Shown one piece after another: positions 8,985 to 18,313 of a stretch of 57,729 nt of DNA. The stretch is from Lysobacteraceae bacterium (GTDB taxonomy: Bacteria; Pseudomonadota; Gammaproteobacteria; Xanthomonadales; Xanthomonadaceae), in the NCBI GenBank assembly GCA_003505795.1, contig DNXT01000303.1, positions 1-57,729 of the forward strand. The letters run 5' to 3'. A program made the position numbers and the translations under genes. The notes below the pieces were generated by a model. The model was not told the DNA's origin and made no database searches. It saw only the letters and a program-made list of their open reading frames with translations. How positions within the stretch are numbered: position 1 is the first letter of the stretch; each line of letters opens with the position of its first letter.

Positions 8985-9561
8985 CTCCATCATCGCGGCA
9001 GCGCTCGTGGCGCTGCTCGCCGGCCTGCCCGGCGCCGGCGCCGCGCAGCAAAGCCTGATCGAACCCGGCACCTACCGGGGCATCGCGGCCGACCGCCGCG
9101 CCTACCGAATAGGCGACATCCTGACCGTGAACGTGCTCGAAGCGGCGCGTGCGCGCTCCAGCGCCGCGACCGATGCCAATTCCGACGTGCGCGTGCGCGC
9201 TTCGGCGTCCACGCCCGGCTACCAAGGCAGCGCGACCGGCACGCTGAGCGCAGGCAGTACCGGCGGAGCCGAGACCTCGCGCGCCGGCGAGCTGCGTACC
9301 CAGTTGTCGGTACGGGTAACGGACGTGCTGCCGGACGGGACCCTGGCAGTCGAGGGCGCACAGTCGCTGGTCATCAATGGCGAGGACCAGAAGATCATGC
9401 TCAGCGGACTGGTGCGGCCGGAGGACATCCGCAGCGACAACAGCCTGTGGTCGCACCGCATCGCCAACGCCCAGGTGGAGTTCAGCGGCTCGGGCGTGGT
9501 CAGCCAGTCGCAGCGGACGAGCATCGTATACCGCGCCCTGAAATGGCTGAGGCTGCTGTGA
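8962..9561 (+). CDS. flgH: L-ring protein FlgH (no cysteine anywhere in the ORF)
   Basis: FlgH motifs are present (YRIGDILTVNVLE, LAVEGAQSLVINGEDQKIMLSGLVRPEDI). Confidence 0.8.
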   Translation: MRWRLKTDSIIAAALVALLAGLPGAGAAQQSLIEPGTYRGIAADRRAYRIGDILTVNVLEAARARSSAATDANSDVRVRASASTPGYQGSATGTLSAGSTGGAETSRAGELRTQLSVRVTDVLPDGTLAVEGAQSLVINGEDQKIMLSGLVRPEDIRSDNSLWSHRIANAQVEFSGSGVVSQSQRTSIVYRALKWLRLL

Positions 9562-10673
9562 GGGTCCTGCTGCTCCTGGCGCTGGCGTGCCTGCCGTCCC
9601 TGGTCTCCGCCGCCGAAACGGGCGATGTGCGGGTCAAGGACATCGCCCGCATCGCCGGCGTGCGCGACAACCCGCTGACCGGGTATGGCCTGGTGTTCGG
9701 CCTGTCCGGTTCCGGCGACTCGCCGCGCAACCGCGCCACCCTGCAGTCGGTGTCCAACACCCTGCGCAACTTCGGCGTCAACGTCGAGCTGGGCGACCTG
9801 TCGAGCCGCAATGTGGCGGCGGTGCTGGTCACCGCCCGGCTGCCGGCGTTCGCCGAGCCGGGTCAGCAACTGGACGTGCAGGTGGCTTCTTCCGGCGACG
9901 CCCGCAGCCTGGTGGGCGGCACCCTGATGCTGGTTCCGCTGAGCGGTCCGGACGGACGGGTGTATGCCATCGCGCAGGGACCGATCTCGGTGGGCGGCTA
10001 TCAGTTCGAGGCCATCACCGCCTCGGTGCAGAAGAACCATCCAACGGTCGGCTGGATCCCGGCGGGCGCGACGGTGGAGCAAGGCTCGCCGCTTGGAGTG
10101 GTCGGCGACGGGCGCTCGCTGAGCGTGCTGCTCAACGAGCCGGACTTCACCGTTGCTCAGCATATGACCCAGGCCATCCGCGCCGCCCTGCCAGGCACCA
10201 CGGCCGTGGCCGACCATGCGGGCAAGGTCACGGTGGGCTTCGGCGAGGAGCATCCGGACCTGGTCGCGCGCATCGCCCAGATCGAGAACATCCGCATCGT
10301 TCGCGAACGACGCTCGCGGGTGGTGGTCAACGAACGCACCGGCACCATCGTCGCCGGCGGCGACATCCGCATCGGCCGGGTGAGCATTACCCACGGCGAC
10401 TTGCGCGTGGAGGTCAATACGCGCTACAGCGTGTCGCAGCCAGACGGTCTGCTGCTGCGCCCGGGCAGCGATGTGCGCACGGTACTGGTGCCGGAGAGCC
10501 GCATCGATGTCCAGGAAGGCGTTGCGCCGGTGGTATCGGTTGCCGAGGGCACCAGCGTGGCCGAATTGGTTTCGGCTCTGCGCACGATCAAGCTGACGAC
10601 CCGCGACGTCATCGCGGTGCTGCAATCGATCAAGGCGGCCGGCGCGCTCGATGGCGAACTGGTCATCCAATGA
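9543..10673 (+). CDS. flgI: P-ring protein FlgI
   Basis: A signal peptide is followed by VRVKDIARIAGVRDNPLTGYGLVFGLSGSGDS, and the C-terminus is LRTIKLTTRDVIAVLQSIKAAGAL. The start at ATG 9543 overlaps the flgH end. Confidence 0.9.
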   Translation: MAEAAVRVLLLLALACLPSLVSAAETGDVRVKDIARIAGVRDNPLTGYGLVFGLSGSGDSPRNRATLQSVSNTLRNFGVNVELGDLSSRNVAAVLVTARLPAFAEPGQQLDVQVASSGDARSLVGGTLMLVPLSGPDGRVYAIAQGPISVGGYQFEAITASVQKNHPTVGWIPAGATVEQGSPLGVVGDGRSLSVLLNEPDFTVAQHMTQAIRAALPGTTAVADHAGKVTVGFGEEHPDLVARIAQIENIRIVRERRSRVVVNERTGTIVAGGDIRIGRVSITHGDLRVEVNTRYSVSQPDGLLLRPGSDVRTVLVPESRIDVQEGVAPVVSVAEGTSVAELVSALRTIKLTTRDVIAVLQSIKAAGALDGELVIQ

Positions 10674-10682
10674 CAGGGGGAA

Positions 10683-11063
10683 ATGATGGCAAGTGAACTG
10701 ACTGTGGACGCTGTGCGCATGGCGCTCGACCTGAGCCGGATGCGCGCCGAGGTTACGGGCTGGAACATCGTCAATGCTTCGGTGCCAGGCGCTTCGTTCT
10801 TCGTGGTCGACCAGAGTGCGGCCGAGTCCGCGCTGGGCGTGGCCGCCGGCGAGGACACCGCGGCTGGATACCAGGCGCTGTCTGCGGCACGGAACTCGAG
10901 CCTGGCCCTGGTAGAGGAGCGCTTCGATGTGGCTCGTCCGGGACTGGACGAGCTGGTGGCAGATTCGGTTTCCGCGGGCCTGCAGTACCAGCTGCTGAGC
11001 GAGGCGCTGGGCCGCCATTTCGGCCTGATGCGCCTGGCCGTGACCGGCAGGAGCGGCGCATGA
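10683..11063 (+). CDS. flgB: Proximal rod protein, FlgB-like (divergent)
   Basis: 126-aa ORF immediately upstream of flgC, overlapping it by 4 nt. The rod N-terminal motif is weak (NIVNASVPG). Confidence 0.55.
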   Translation: MMASELTVDAVRMALDLSRMRAEVTGWNIVNASVPGASFFVVDQSAAESALGVAAGEDTAAGYQALSAARNSSLALVEERFDVARPGLDELVADSVSAGLQYQLLSEALGRHFGLMRLAVTGRSGA

Positions 11064-11443
11064 GCATCGACGCGATCCTCGAGGCCAGCCGCATGGGCAT
11101 GCAGAACGAGCGCATCCGGATGGACCTGGCCAGCCGCAACGTGGCGTTGGCCAATCAGCCGATCGACCCGCGCGCGCTCGGCAGCAGCGGCGCCGGCTTT
11201 GCCAGCGCGCTGGGCCTGCAGGGCAGCGAAGCCGCCGGCCAAGCGCCGATCGCGACCCGCTCGGTGCTCGACCCGGGCCATCCCCTGGCCGACGCCGAGG
11301 GACGGGTGCATTACCCGGCGGTGGACATAGTGCAGGAGATGACCACCTTGCTGACCGCCAGCCGAGGCTACGAAGCCAACGTGAGGTCGTTCAACACCCT
11401 GCGCAGCATGGTGCTCAGGGCCATGGAGATCGGAGCGAAGTGA
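11060..11443 (+). CDS. flgC: Proximal rod protein FlgC
   Basis: The C-terminal signature is present (VHYPAVDIVQEMTTLLTASRGYEANVRSFNTLRSM). Confidence 0.85.
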   Translation: MSIDAILEASRMGMQNERIRMDLASRNVALANQPIDPRALGSSGAGFASALGLQGSEAAGQAPIATRSVLDPGHPLADAEGRVHYPAVDIVQEMTTLLTASRGYEANVRSFNTLRSMVLRAMEIGAK

Positions 11444-11739
11444 TGGGAATCGAAGCGATCGCCGCCCTGGGGGCGGCTGCGGGTCCGGCCGAGGCGCAGG
11501 CATCGATGGCGGTGCCGCGCAGCGATTTCGCCGCAGTGGTGGGCCAAGGCGTGCAGGGCGTGGACGGCACGCTGAAGAACGCCGATCAGTTGGTACGCGC
11601 GCTTGCGGCAGGGCAGGACGTGGCCACCCATGACGTGATGATCTCGCTGGAGGAGGCGCGCATGCAGTTGATGCTGCTGTCCGAAGTGCGCAACCGCGTG
11701 GTCGAGGCGTACCAGGAACTGTCGCGGATGCAACTGTAA
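11440..11739 (+). CDS. fliE: MS ring/rod adaptor FliE
   Basis: 99 aa with a C-terminus typical of FliE (HDVMISLEEARMQLMLLSEVRNRVVEAYQELSRMQL). Confidence 0.75.
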   Translation: MMGIEAIAALGAAAGPAEAQASMAVPRSDFAAVVGQGVQGVDGTLKNADQLVRALAAGQDVATHDVMISLEEARMQLMLLSEVRNRVVEAYQELSRMQL

Positions 11740-11741
11740 CG

Positions 11742-13115
11742 ATGGCTCCCTTGACCCCGGCGATGGACATGTTCAGATCGATGAGCCGCACCGCGCGCCT
11801 CGGCATCGTGATAGGTGGCGGCGTGATCCTGTTGGGCACGGCGCTGGCGTTGTGGCTGGTGCTGTCGCCACGACAGGAACTGCTGTTCGGCAATCTGGCC
11901 GAAACTGATGCCGCGGAGATCGCGGCGACCCTGGGCGAATGGAAGGTGCCGTACTCGCTGGCAGCCGATGGCACCGCGATCCTTGTGGACAGCAGGCACA
12001 TGCTCGACACGCGGATGCGACTGGTCTCCGCCGGAGTTCCCAAGGGCGGGCACGTCGGCTACGAGTTGTTCGACGACAACGAATTCGGCGTCACCGAGTT
12101 CGCCCAGCGCATCAACTACCAGCGCGCACTGCAGGGCGAACTGGAGCGCACCATCGGCAGCATCCCCGGCGTGCGCAACGTGCGCGTGCACCTGTCGATC
12201 CGCCGTGCCGGCTCCTTCCTTGGCGAGGACGCCAGTTCCAAGGCTTCGGTTGCACTGGCGCTGGAACCGGGAACCACGTTGGCGCGCAGGCAGGTGGCCG
12301 GCATCCGCAACCTGGTCGCCTCGGCCGTGGAAGGCCTGGGCCCGGAATCGGTAGTGGTCGTCGGCCCTGCCGGCCTGCAACTGGCAGGCGGCAACCAGGC
12401 CGAGGGCGAGGCGGTCGTGGAAGGCGCGGATGCAGCCTCGGACATGTCGGCACGAATCGAGACCCGGATCCAACAGCTGCTGGGCGACGCGCTGCAGGGG
12501 CAGCGTACCTCGGTATCGGTCGACGTGCGCATGAACTTCGACAAGGTCCGGCGGACGTCGGAGAAGCTGCTGACCATGCCCGGCTCGGACCATGGCGTGG
12601 TCGTGCGCCGCAACAGCGGCGGCGGCCGGCCGGCCGAAGGTCCCGGCGAGGCGGCGCTGACCAACGAGCAAGTCGAGTATGCCCACGGCAGCGAGCGCGA
12701 AGAAGTCACGCGCGTGGGCGGCGTGGTCGAACGCATCACGGTGGCGGTAGTGCTGCCGCGTGGCGTGGCTACTGCCGAGCAGGAGCACCTGACCCGGCTG
12801 GTTGCCGCCGCGGCAGGCCTGGACCCGGCTCGCGGCGATAGCATCGAGGTGAGCACAGCCGCCGAGCCGCCTGCGACTGGCAATGCGGTTGCCCGGGCAC
12901 CCGAGGCACAACCGGTACGATCGATGACGCAGACCGATGCGTCGTGGCAGCCGCAGGCCAGGCACGGCTGGCTGCTGTTCGCCTTCGTGCTGGGGCTGGG
13001 CGTTGGTGTGCTGGCGATGGCGCGGCGCCGGCGTGCACCGCCGCTGCTGAGCCGCGAGGAAAGCGAGCGGGCGGCGATCCAGGTCCGCGCCTGGCTGACG
13101 GATGGAGTGCGCTGA
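11742..13115 (+). CDS. fliF: MS-ring protein FliF (457 aa, short for the family)
   Basis: Contains a YscJ/FliF signature (YELFDDNEFGVTEFAQRINYQRALQGELERTIGSIPGVRNVRVHL), N- and C-terminal TM helices and a short cytoplasmic tail. Confidence 0.85.
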   Translation: MAPLTPAMDMFRSMSRTARLGIVIGGGVILLGTALALWLVLSPRQELLFGNLAETDAAEIAATLGEWKVPYSLAADGTAILVDSRHMLDTRMRLVSAGVPKGGHVGYELFDDNEFGVTEFAQRINYQRALQGELERTIGSIPGVRNVRVHLSIRRAGSFLGEDASSKASVALALEPGTTLARRQVAGIRNLVASAVEGLGPESVVVVGPAGLQLAGGNQAEGEAVVEGADAASDMSARIETRIQQLLGDALQGQRTSVSVDVRMNFDKVRRTSEKLLTMPGSDHGVVVRRNSGGGRPAEGPGEAALTNEQVEYAHGSEREEVTRVGGVVERITVAVVLPRGVATAEQEHLTRLVAAAAGLDPARGDSIEVSTAAEPPATGNAVARAPEAQPVRSMTQTDASWQPQARHGWLLFAFVLGLGVGVLAMARRRRAPPLLSREESERAAIQVRAWLTDGVR

Positions 13116-13564
13116 TGGAACCCAGCGCCATCCGCCGCGCCGCGATCGTGCTGGCCGCCATGCAGCCGCCGGTGCGCGTACGTCTGTTGGCCACGCTGGA
13201 CCCGGCCATGCGAGCCGAACTCGGCTCGGCCATGCAGGAGGCGATGCAGCGTGGCTGGAACACGCGCTCGCTGGCGTTGCGGATGCTGGATCCGACGCAA
13301 GCGGAGGCAGAGCCGCAGGGCGATCAGGGACTGCCGGCGGTGTTCGCGCTCGCCGACCACCTGGAACCCGCCGCGTTCGCGCGCGTGCTGCAGGCTACGG
13401 GCATGCGTAGCGATGACTTCCGGTTGAGCATGATCGACGACGCCGGCGCTGCGGCCCGGGTGCGCGAAGAGATGATGGACGCGCCGGCGATGTCCGCACG
13501 GCTGCGCGAGGCCACCCTCGCGGCCGCCAATTCCATGCTGGACGATCTACGGAGCGCCGGCTGA
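13115..13564 (+). CDS. fliG: FliG-position protein, 149 aa, with resemblance only to the FliG N-terminal domain
   Basis: ATG 13115 overlaps the fliF TGA. The N-terminus AIRRAAIVLAAMQPPVRVRLLATLDPAMRAELGSAM resembles the FliG_N helices. The length is less than half of canonical FliG. Confidence 0.55.
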   Translation: MEPSAIRRAAIVLAAMQPPVRVRLLATLDPAMRAELGSAMQEAMQRGWNTRSLALRMLDPTQAEAEPQGDQGLPAVFALADHLEPAAFARVLQATGMRSDDFRLSMIDDAGAAARVREEMMDAPAMSARLREATLAAANSMLDDLRSAG

Positions 13565-13565
13565 G

Positions 13566-14240
13566 ATGCGCCGGATCGACGCCTGCGACGTCGCTGCCGC
13601 GCCATTGTGGACGGGATCGGCGGCGGCCGGACCTGTCGCACCAGTCGTCGATGCAAGCGCCCAGGATGCACGTCGGCAGATGGAGGCACAGCAGGCGGCT
13701 GCGGTGGAGCGGGGCTATCAGGAGGGTCATGCACGCGGGTTGGCACAGGCACAGGAACGCGTGCGCCAGGAGAACCAGGCTTGGCGGCAGCAGCGCGAGC
13801 GCGAGCTCGATGCGGCACGCGAACAATTCGAACAGGCACGCGAGCGACTGGAGTCGCTGACCCGGCAGTTGCCGGTGCAGATCGCCGCCGAGGCCGCGCG
13901 TGCCGAAGAGCTGGCCATCGAGACCGCCTACGCGGCGGTGACCAGACTGCTTGGCTCCGACTATATCGAGCGCAACCTGATGCCGGCGCTGGTGCGTCAT
14001 GCGATGGGCAGCCTCGAGATGCGCGTGGACGCCATCCTGCTGTCGGCGCAGGACGTGGAACTGCTGCAGGGCATGGAAAACCTGAACGTTGCCGTCGATG
14101 CCCGTCTCAGGCCCGGGCAGTGCCGCCTGGAAACCCGGCTGGGCAGCTACGACACCGGCTTGGATGTCAGGCTGGACATGCTCAGGCAGGCCCTGCTGTC
14201 GGGACTGGCCGAGCATCGCGCGCACGAGGCGGAGCAATGA
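13566..14240 (+). CDS. fliH: ATPase regulator FliH-like
   Basis: 224 aa with a charged coiled-coil centre (QERVRQENQAWRQQRERELDAAREQFEQARERL). It lies directly upstream of fliI and overlaps it. Confidence 0.65.
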   Translation: MRRIDACDVAAAPLWTGSAAAGPVAPVVDASAQDARRQMEAQQAAAVERGYQEGHARGLAQAQERVRQENQAWRQQRERELDAAREQFEQARERLESLTRQLPVQIAAEAARAEELAIETAYAAVTRLLGSDYIERNLMPALVRHAMGSLEMRVDAILLSAQDVELLQGMENLNVAVDARLRPGQCRLETRLGSYDTGLDVRLDMLRQALLSGLAEHRAHEAEQ

Positions 14241-15562
14241 GTCTGCAGGTTCGACTGCAGTCCGCGCTGGATCGTACCGAGATGCATCGGCGACAGGGAC
14301 GCATCGTCGCCTTCAACGGCCTGGTCATCGAGGCGCAGGGACCGGACGCCGACATCGGCGAGCTGTGCGACATCGTGCCCGGCAACGGCCGCGCGACAGT
14401 GCCGGGCGAGGTGGTGGGCTTCCGGAAGGAACATGTGCTGCTGATGCCGTATGGCAATGTCAGCGGCATCTCCGCGCGCAGCCTGATCCGTGCCACGGGG
14501 CGGCCGCTGGATGTGCCGGTCGGCAAGGAACTGCTCGGCCGCGTGGTGGACGCCTTCTGCCGGCCGCTGGACGACAAGGGTGCGCTGCAGCCGGGCGGGC
14601 GTTATCCGCTGCACGCCGCGCCGATCAATCCGATGCAGCGCCAGGGCATCAGCGAGGTGCTGGAGACTGGACTGAGCGCGGTGGACACGCTGCTGACGTT
14701 GGGCAGAGGACAGCGCGTGGGCGTGTTCGCCGGCAGCGGTGTCGGCAAGAGCACCCTGCTGGGCATGCTGGCCCGGCATGTGCAGGCCGACGTCATCGTG
14801 CTGTGCCTGGTCGGCGAACGCGGACGCGAGGTCGGCGACTTCATCCGCGATACGCTGGGCGAGACGGGACTGCGCCGCGCGGTGGTCATGGCCGCCACCG
14901 CGGACCAGCCCGCCCTGGTACGCACCCATGCGGTGCACGCTTCGCACGCGGTGGCCGAGTATTTCCGCGACGAGGGCAAGTCGGTCCTGCTGGTGGTCGA
15001 TTCGATCACCCGCTTCGCGATGGCCCAGCGCGAGATCGGCCTGGCCATCGGCGAGCCGCCGACCTTCCGCGGCTATACGCCATCGGTGTTCGGCTGGCTC
15101 CCACGCATCGTCGAGCGCTGCGGCCGCCATGGCCGCGGCGATATCACCGCCATCTACAGTGTGCTGGTGGAGGGCGACGACATGAACGAACCCATCGCCG
15201 ACCACATGCGCGCCGTGCTGGACGGGCACATCGTGCTGACTCGCGAACTGGCACTGCGCGGCCATCTTCCCGCCATCGATGTCCTGCAGAGCACCAGCCG
15301 CCTGCTGCACACCCTTGCCCGGCCGGAAGAACTGGCGCTGGCCCGGGAGGCGCGACGCCTGCTGGCGCAGTACGAGGCGGCGCGCGACATGATCGAGCTC
15401 GGTGCCTACCAGCGTGGCAGCAACCAGGCGCTGGACCGGGCGGTCGAGGCCTGCAGCGCGCTCGACTCGCTGTTGTGCCAGTCGCCGGAGACGGCGGTGT
15501 CACGCCTACAGGCGCTGCAGCAGCTGGGCCGCATCGTCTCCGCCGGAGGCACGCATGCATAA
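14237..15562 (+). CDS. fliI: Type III export ATPase FliI
   Basis: Walker A (GSGVGKST) and Walker B region (VLLVVDSITRFAMAQREI) are present, and the protein is F1-beta-like throughout. Confidence 0.95.
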   Translation: MSLQVRLQSALDRTEMHRRQGRIVAFNGLVIEAQGPDADIGELCDIVPGNGRATVPGEVVGFRKEHVLLMPYGNVSGISARSLIRATGRPLDVPVGKELLGRVVDAFCRPLDDKGALQPGGRYPLHAAPINPMQRQGISEVLETGLSAVDTLLTLGRGQRVGVFAGSGVGKSTLLGMLARHVQADVIVLCLVGERGREVGDFIRDTLGETGLRRAVVMAATADQPALVRTHAVHASHAVAEYFRDEGKSVLLVVDSITRFAMAQREIGLAIGEPPTFRGYTPSVFGWLPRIVERCGRHGRGDITAIYSVLVEGDDMNEPIADHMRAVLDGHIVLTRELALRGHLPAIDVLQSTSRLLHTLARPEELALAREARRLLAQYEAARDMIELGAYQRGSNQALDRAVEACSALDSLLCQSPETAVSRLQALQQLGRIVSAGGTHA

Positions 15563-16007
15563 GCACCGGCTACAGCAGATGCAGGCACTGGCGCGCGTGC
15601 GCGGGCTGGCCGAGCAGCGGGCAGAATTGGTGACGCAGCAGGCGGCGCAGGCGCTGCGACACGCGAACGACCTGCTGCAGGAGGCGAACGACCGGGTGGA
15701 CGCGGCGACCCGCTGGAAGGCAGGGTCCGCCGTGGCGGCCGGGCTACGTCTGGGCCTGTACGAGCAAGCGCTGGTGTCCGAGCAGGTCCTGTCGGTTGCC
15801 GCCGAATCCGCCGACAGCACCCGGTCGCGGGTCAGGCAGGCTCACGAGCAGAGCAGGGAGCAGTTGCTCCAGGCCAGCCGCGCGCTCGAGGTCGCACAGC
15901 GACGGCTGCAACGCGGAACGCGCGCCGCTGCAGACGCGATGGAGCGCAAGCAGAGCGACGACGCGGCCGATCTCTGGTTGTCAAGGAAGCTCCATGCAGA
16001 TCGGTGA
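15555..16007 (+). CDS. fliJ: FliJ-like export chaperone/stalk
   Basis: 150-aa predicted coiled coil directly after fliI, overlapping it by 8 nt. Confidence 0.6.
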   Translation: MHKHRLQQMQALARVRGLAEQRAELVTQQAAQALRHANDLLQEANDRVDAATRWKAGSAVAAGLRLGLYEQALVSEQVLSVAAESADSTRSRVRQAHEQSREQLLQASRALEVAQRRLQRGTRAAADAMERKQSDDAADLWLSRKLHADR

Positions 16008-16725
16008 TCCAGCCATCCACGCCGTCACGCCGATCGCGGAACGGCAGCCGCAGGGCAAGCCGTCGAACCGCCAGGACTTTGAGCGGACGCTCGCTGCGGA
16101 TGCGCCTGCCGCCGATGTCCCGGCGTCGGCGGGCGTGCACGGAGACGCCATAGATGTGCCGACTGGTGCCGACGCACCCGTTGCACAGGATGGAGCCGGC
16201 CTGGACGGGCTGCCGGGCGGGGTGCTCTATCCTTGGCAGTTGATGGCGCAGACAGCAATGTCCCAGCTCGGCCAGCATGCGTACAGCACTGCCGCCCGGG
16301 CCGATGGCCTGACGACCCACGACGGGATACAGATCGTTCAGAAGGGCACGATATCCAATACTGCAGTTGCCCTCGCTGCCGCCGTTGCCTCCCATGGCAC
16401 GACTGAGGTTCATGCCGTAACCCTCGCGAGAAGCGGCGATACGGCATCCGCCATCATGAAAGACATGCGTGGCACCGCATCCGCAGGCGCCGAGCAGGCG
16501 TTGGCCTCGCTGCCCACCTGGTCCAAGCGTTTCCAGCGTCGGGTCGAGGACGCCCAGGGCCGTGCCACGGTCTGGCTGCGTGACTACCAGCTGGGCGAGC
16601 AGGGGCTGGCCTCCACCATCGACGAGATCATCGCGTCTTACGGCCCGTCGCGGCCGGTCTGGCGCATCGTGGTCAACGGCAGCGAAGTCTGGCGTCGACC
16701 GTCCAATCCATCCGAGGAGACGTAA
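15994..16725 (+). CDS. Short hook-length-control-like protein (FliK/SctP position), 243 aa
   Basis: The call is positional: it lies between fliJ and flgD. It has an Ala/Pro/Asp-rich low-complexity N-half and a structured C-terminus (ATVWLRDYQLGEQGLASTIDEIIA). Confidence 0.4.
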   Translation: MQIGDPAIHAVTPIAERQPQGKPSNRQDFERTLAADAPAADVPASAGVHGDAIDVPTGADAPVAQDGAGLDGLPGGVLYPWQLMAQTAMSQLGQHAYSTAARADGLTTHDGIQIVQKGTISNTAVALAAAVASHGTTEVHAVTLARSGDTASAIMKDMRGTASAGAEQALASLPTWSKRFQRRVEDAQGRATVWLRDYQLGEQGLASTIDEIIASYGPSRPVWRIVVNGSEVWRRPSNPSEET

Positions 16726-17141
16726 TGGCCATCGACGCAATCGGTGCCGTGGTGAACAACGGCAGTTCCAGCGTACAGGCGCGCAACACCATCGACCAGG
16801 AAGGCTTCATCAAGCTGTTCCTGTCGCAGCTGCAGTTCCAGGATCCGCTGGAGCCGGTGGACAACCGCGAATTCCTCGCACAGTTGGCGCAATTCAGCAA
16901 TCTGGAACAGTCCCGCCAGCTGAGCATCAACATGGAAGGCATGCTGACCATGGAGTCGTCCAGCCAGGCGCTGGGTTTGCTCAACCGCTCGGTGGACATC
17001 GTGCAGGCGGCCGGCGGCAACATCGCCGGCACTGTCACCGCCGTGCAGTTCACAACCTCCGGCCCGGAACTGACGGTGAACACCGCCGTCGGCGTGCTGA
17101 CCGGCATTCGACTGCCCCAGGTGAGCCTGGTCAAACTCTAG
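16725..17141 (+). CDS. flgD: Hook capping protein FlgD
   Basis: The FlgD signature FIKLFLSQLQFQDPLEPVDNREFLAQLAQFSNLEQ is present. Confidence 0.85.
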   Translation: MAIDAIGAVVNNGSSSVQARNTIDQEGFIKLFLSQLQFQDPLEPVDNREFLAQLAQFSNLEQSRQLSINMEGMLTMESSSQALGLLNRSVDIVQAAGGNIAGTVTAVQFTTSGPELTVNTAVGVLTGIRLPQVSLVKL

Positions 17142-17151
17142 GAATCCAACC

Positions 17152-18309
17152 GTGTTCCAAGCATTGTTCAACAGCCTCTCCGGCCTGTTCGGCTTCTCAC
17201 GCAGCCTGGATACGGTCAGCAACAACGTCGCAAATATGAATACCCCCGGCTTCCGGGGGCGCGACTCGTTCTTCGAGAACGTTGGTCGCGACCATGGCAC
17301 CCGGATCGCAGGCGAGGGCATGCGCACCGCCGCAGGCGACCTGCGCCAGACCGGCAATGCCACCGACGTGGCGGTGGACGGCGCCGGCTTCTTCGCGTTG
17401 CGCGACGAGTCGGGGACGCTGCACTACACGCGGGCCGGCCAGTTCATGTTCGACGACGACGGCATCCTGATCGACAGCGTCAGCCGCTTCCAGGTGATGG
17501 CACTGGACAGCTCGGGCAATCTTGCGTCGATCTCGCTGGAAGGCTATCGCTCGTTGCCTGCCGAGCCATCGACCAAGATCAACTTCAGCGGCAACCTCGC
17601 GCCGGCGGAGGAGACACACAAGGTCGAAGGCATCACGATCTACGACGCTTCCGGCAAGAGCCACGTGCTCACGGCGCAGTTCACCAACAACAAGAACGTG
17701 ACGCCGAACAGTTTCCTGGTCAAAGTCACCGATGCCCAAGGCAGCGAGGTGGGCAATGGCGAGCTGCGTTTCAGCGTGTCCGGGACTCTGGAGCCGGGCT
17801 ACGGCTCCATCGCGCTGGCGCTCGAGTTCGAGGGGACGGCGCAGGGGGTGGAGCTGTCGTTCGGCACACCGGGTACCTTCCAGGGCACGACCAGCCTGGC
17901 CGGCCTCAGCAACAACGTCAGCGCCACCGTGGCCGATGGCCGGCCGGTGCTGGGCATTACCCAGATGTCCTTCGACGAGAAAGGTACGCTGCAATTCAAC
18001 TATGGCACCAGCGAGAAACGCGAAGGCCAGAGGTTGGCGCTGGCCAGCTTCATCAGCGAAAGCACCCTGGACTTCAGTGGCGGACGCTTGGTATCCGGTG
18101 CCGATGCCCAGCGCCGGCTACTGGCGCATGCCGATACCGGAGGCCTGGGCAAGGTCATGGGTGGCACGCTGGAGATGTCCAACATCGACCTGACCCAGGA
18201 GTTCGCCGACATGCTGATCATCCAACGCGGCTACCAGGCCAGTTCGCGGGTGATGACCGTCAGCAACGAGATGATCGAGCAGCTCTACAACAGTACCCGC
18301 GGCGGCTGA
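17152..18309 (+). CDS. flgE: Hook protein FlgE (385 aa)
   Basis: GTG start. The N-terminal motif is SNNVANMNTPGFRG and the C-terminus is LEMSNIDLTQEFADMLIIQRGYQASSRVMTVSNEMIEQLYN. Confidence 0.85.
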   Translation: MFQALFNSLSGLFGFSRSLDTVSNNVANMNTPGFRGRDSFFENVGRDHGTRIAGEGMRTAAGDLRQTGNATDVAVDGAGFFALRDESGTLHYTRAGQFMFDDDGILIDSVSRFQVMALDSSGNLASISLEGYRSLPAEPSTKINFSGNLAPAEETHKVEGITIYDASGKSHVLTAQFTNNKNVTPNSFLVKVTDAQGSEVGNGELRFSVSGTLEPGYGSIALALEFEGTAQGVELSFGTPGTFQGTTSLAGLSNNVSATVADGRPVLGITQMSFDEKGTLQFNYGTSEKREGQRLALASFISESTLDFSGGRLVSGADAQRRLLAHADTGGLGKVMGGTLEMSNIDLTQEFADMLIIQRGYQASSRVMTVSNEMIEQLYNSTRGG

Positions 18310-18313
18310 ACAG

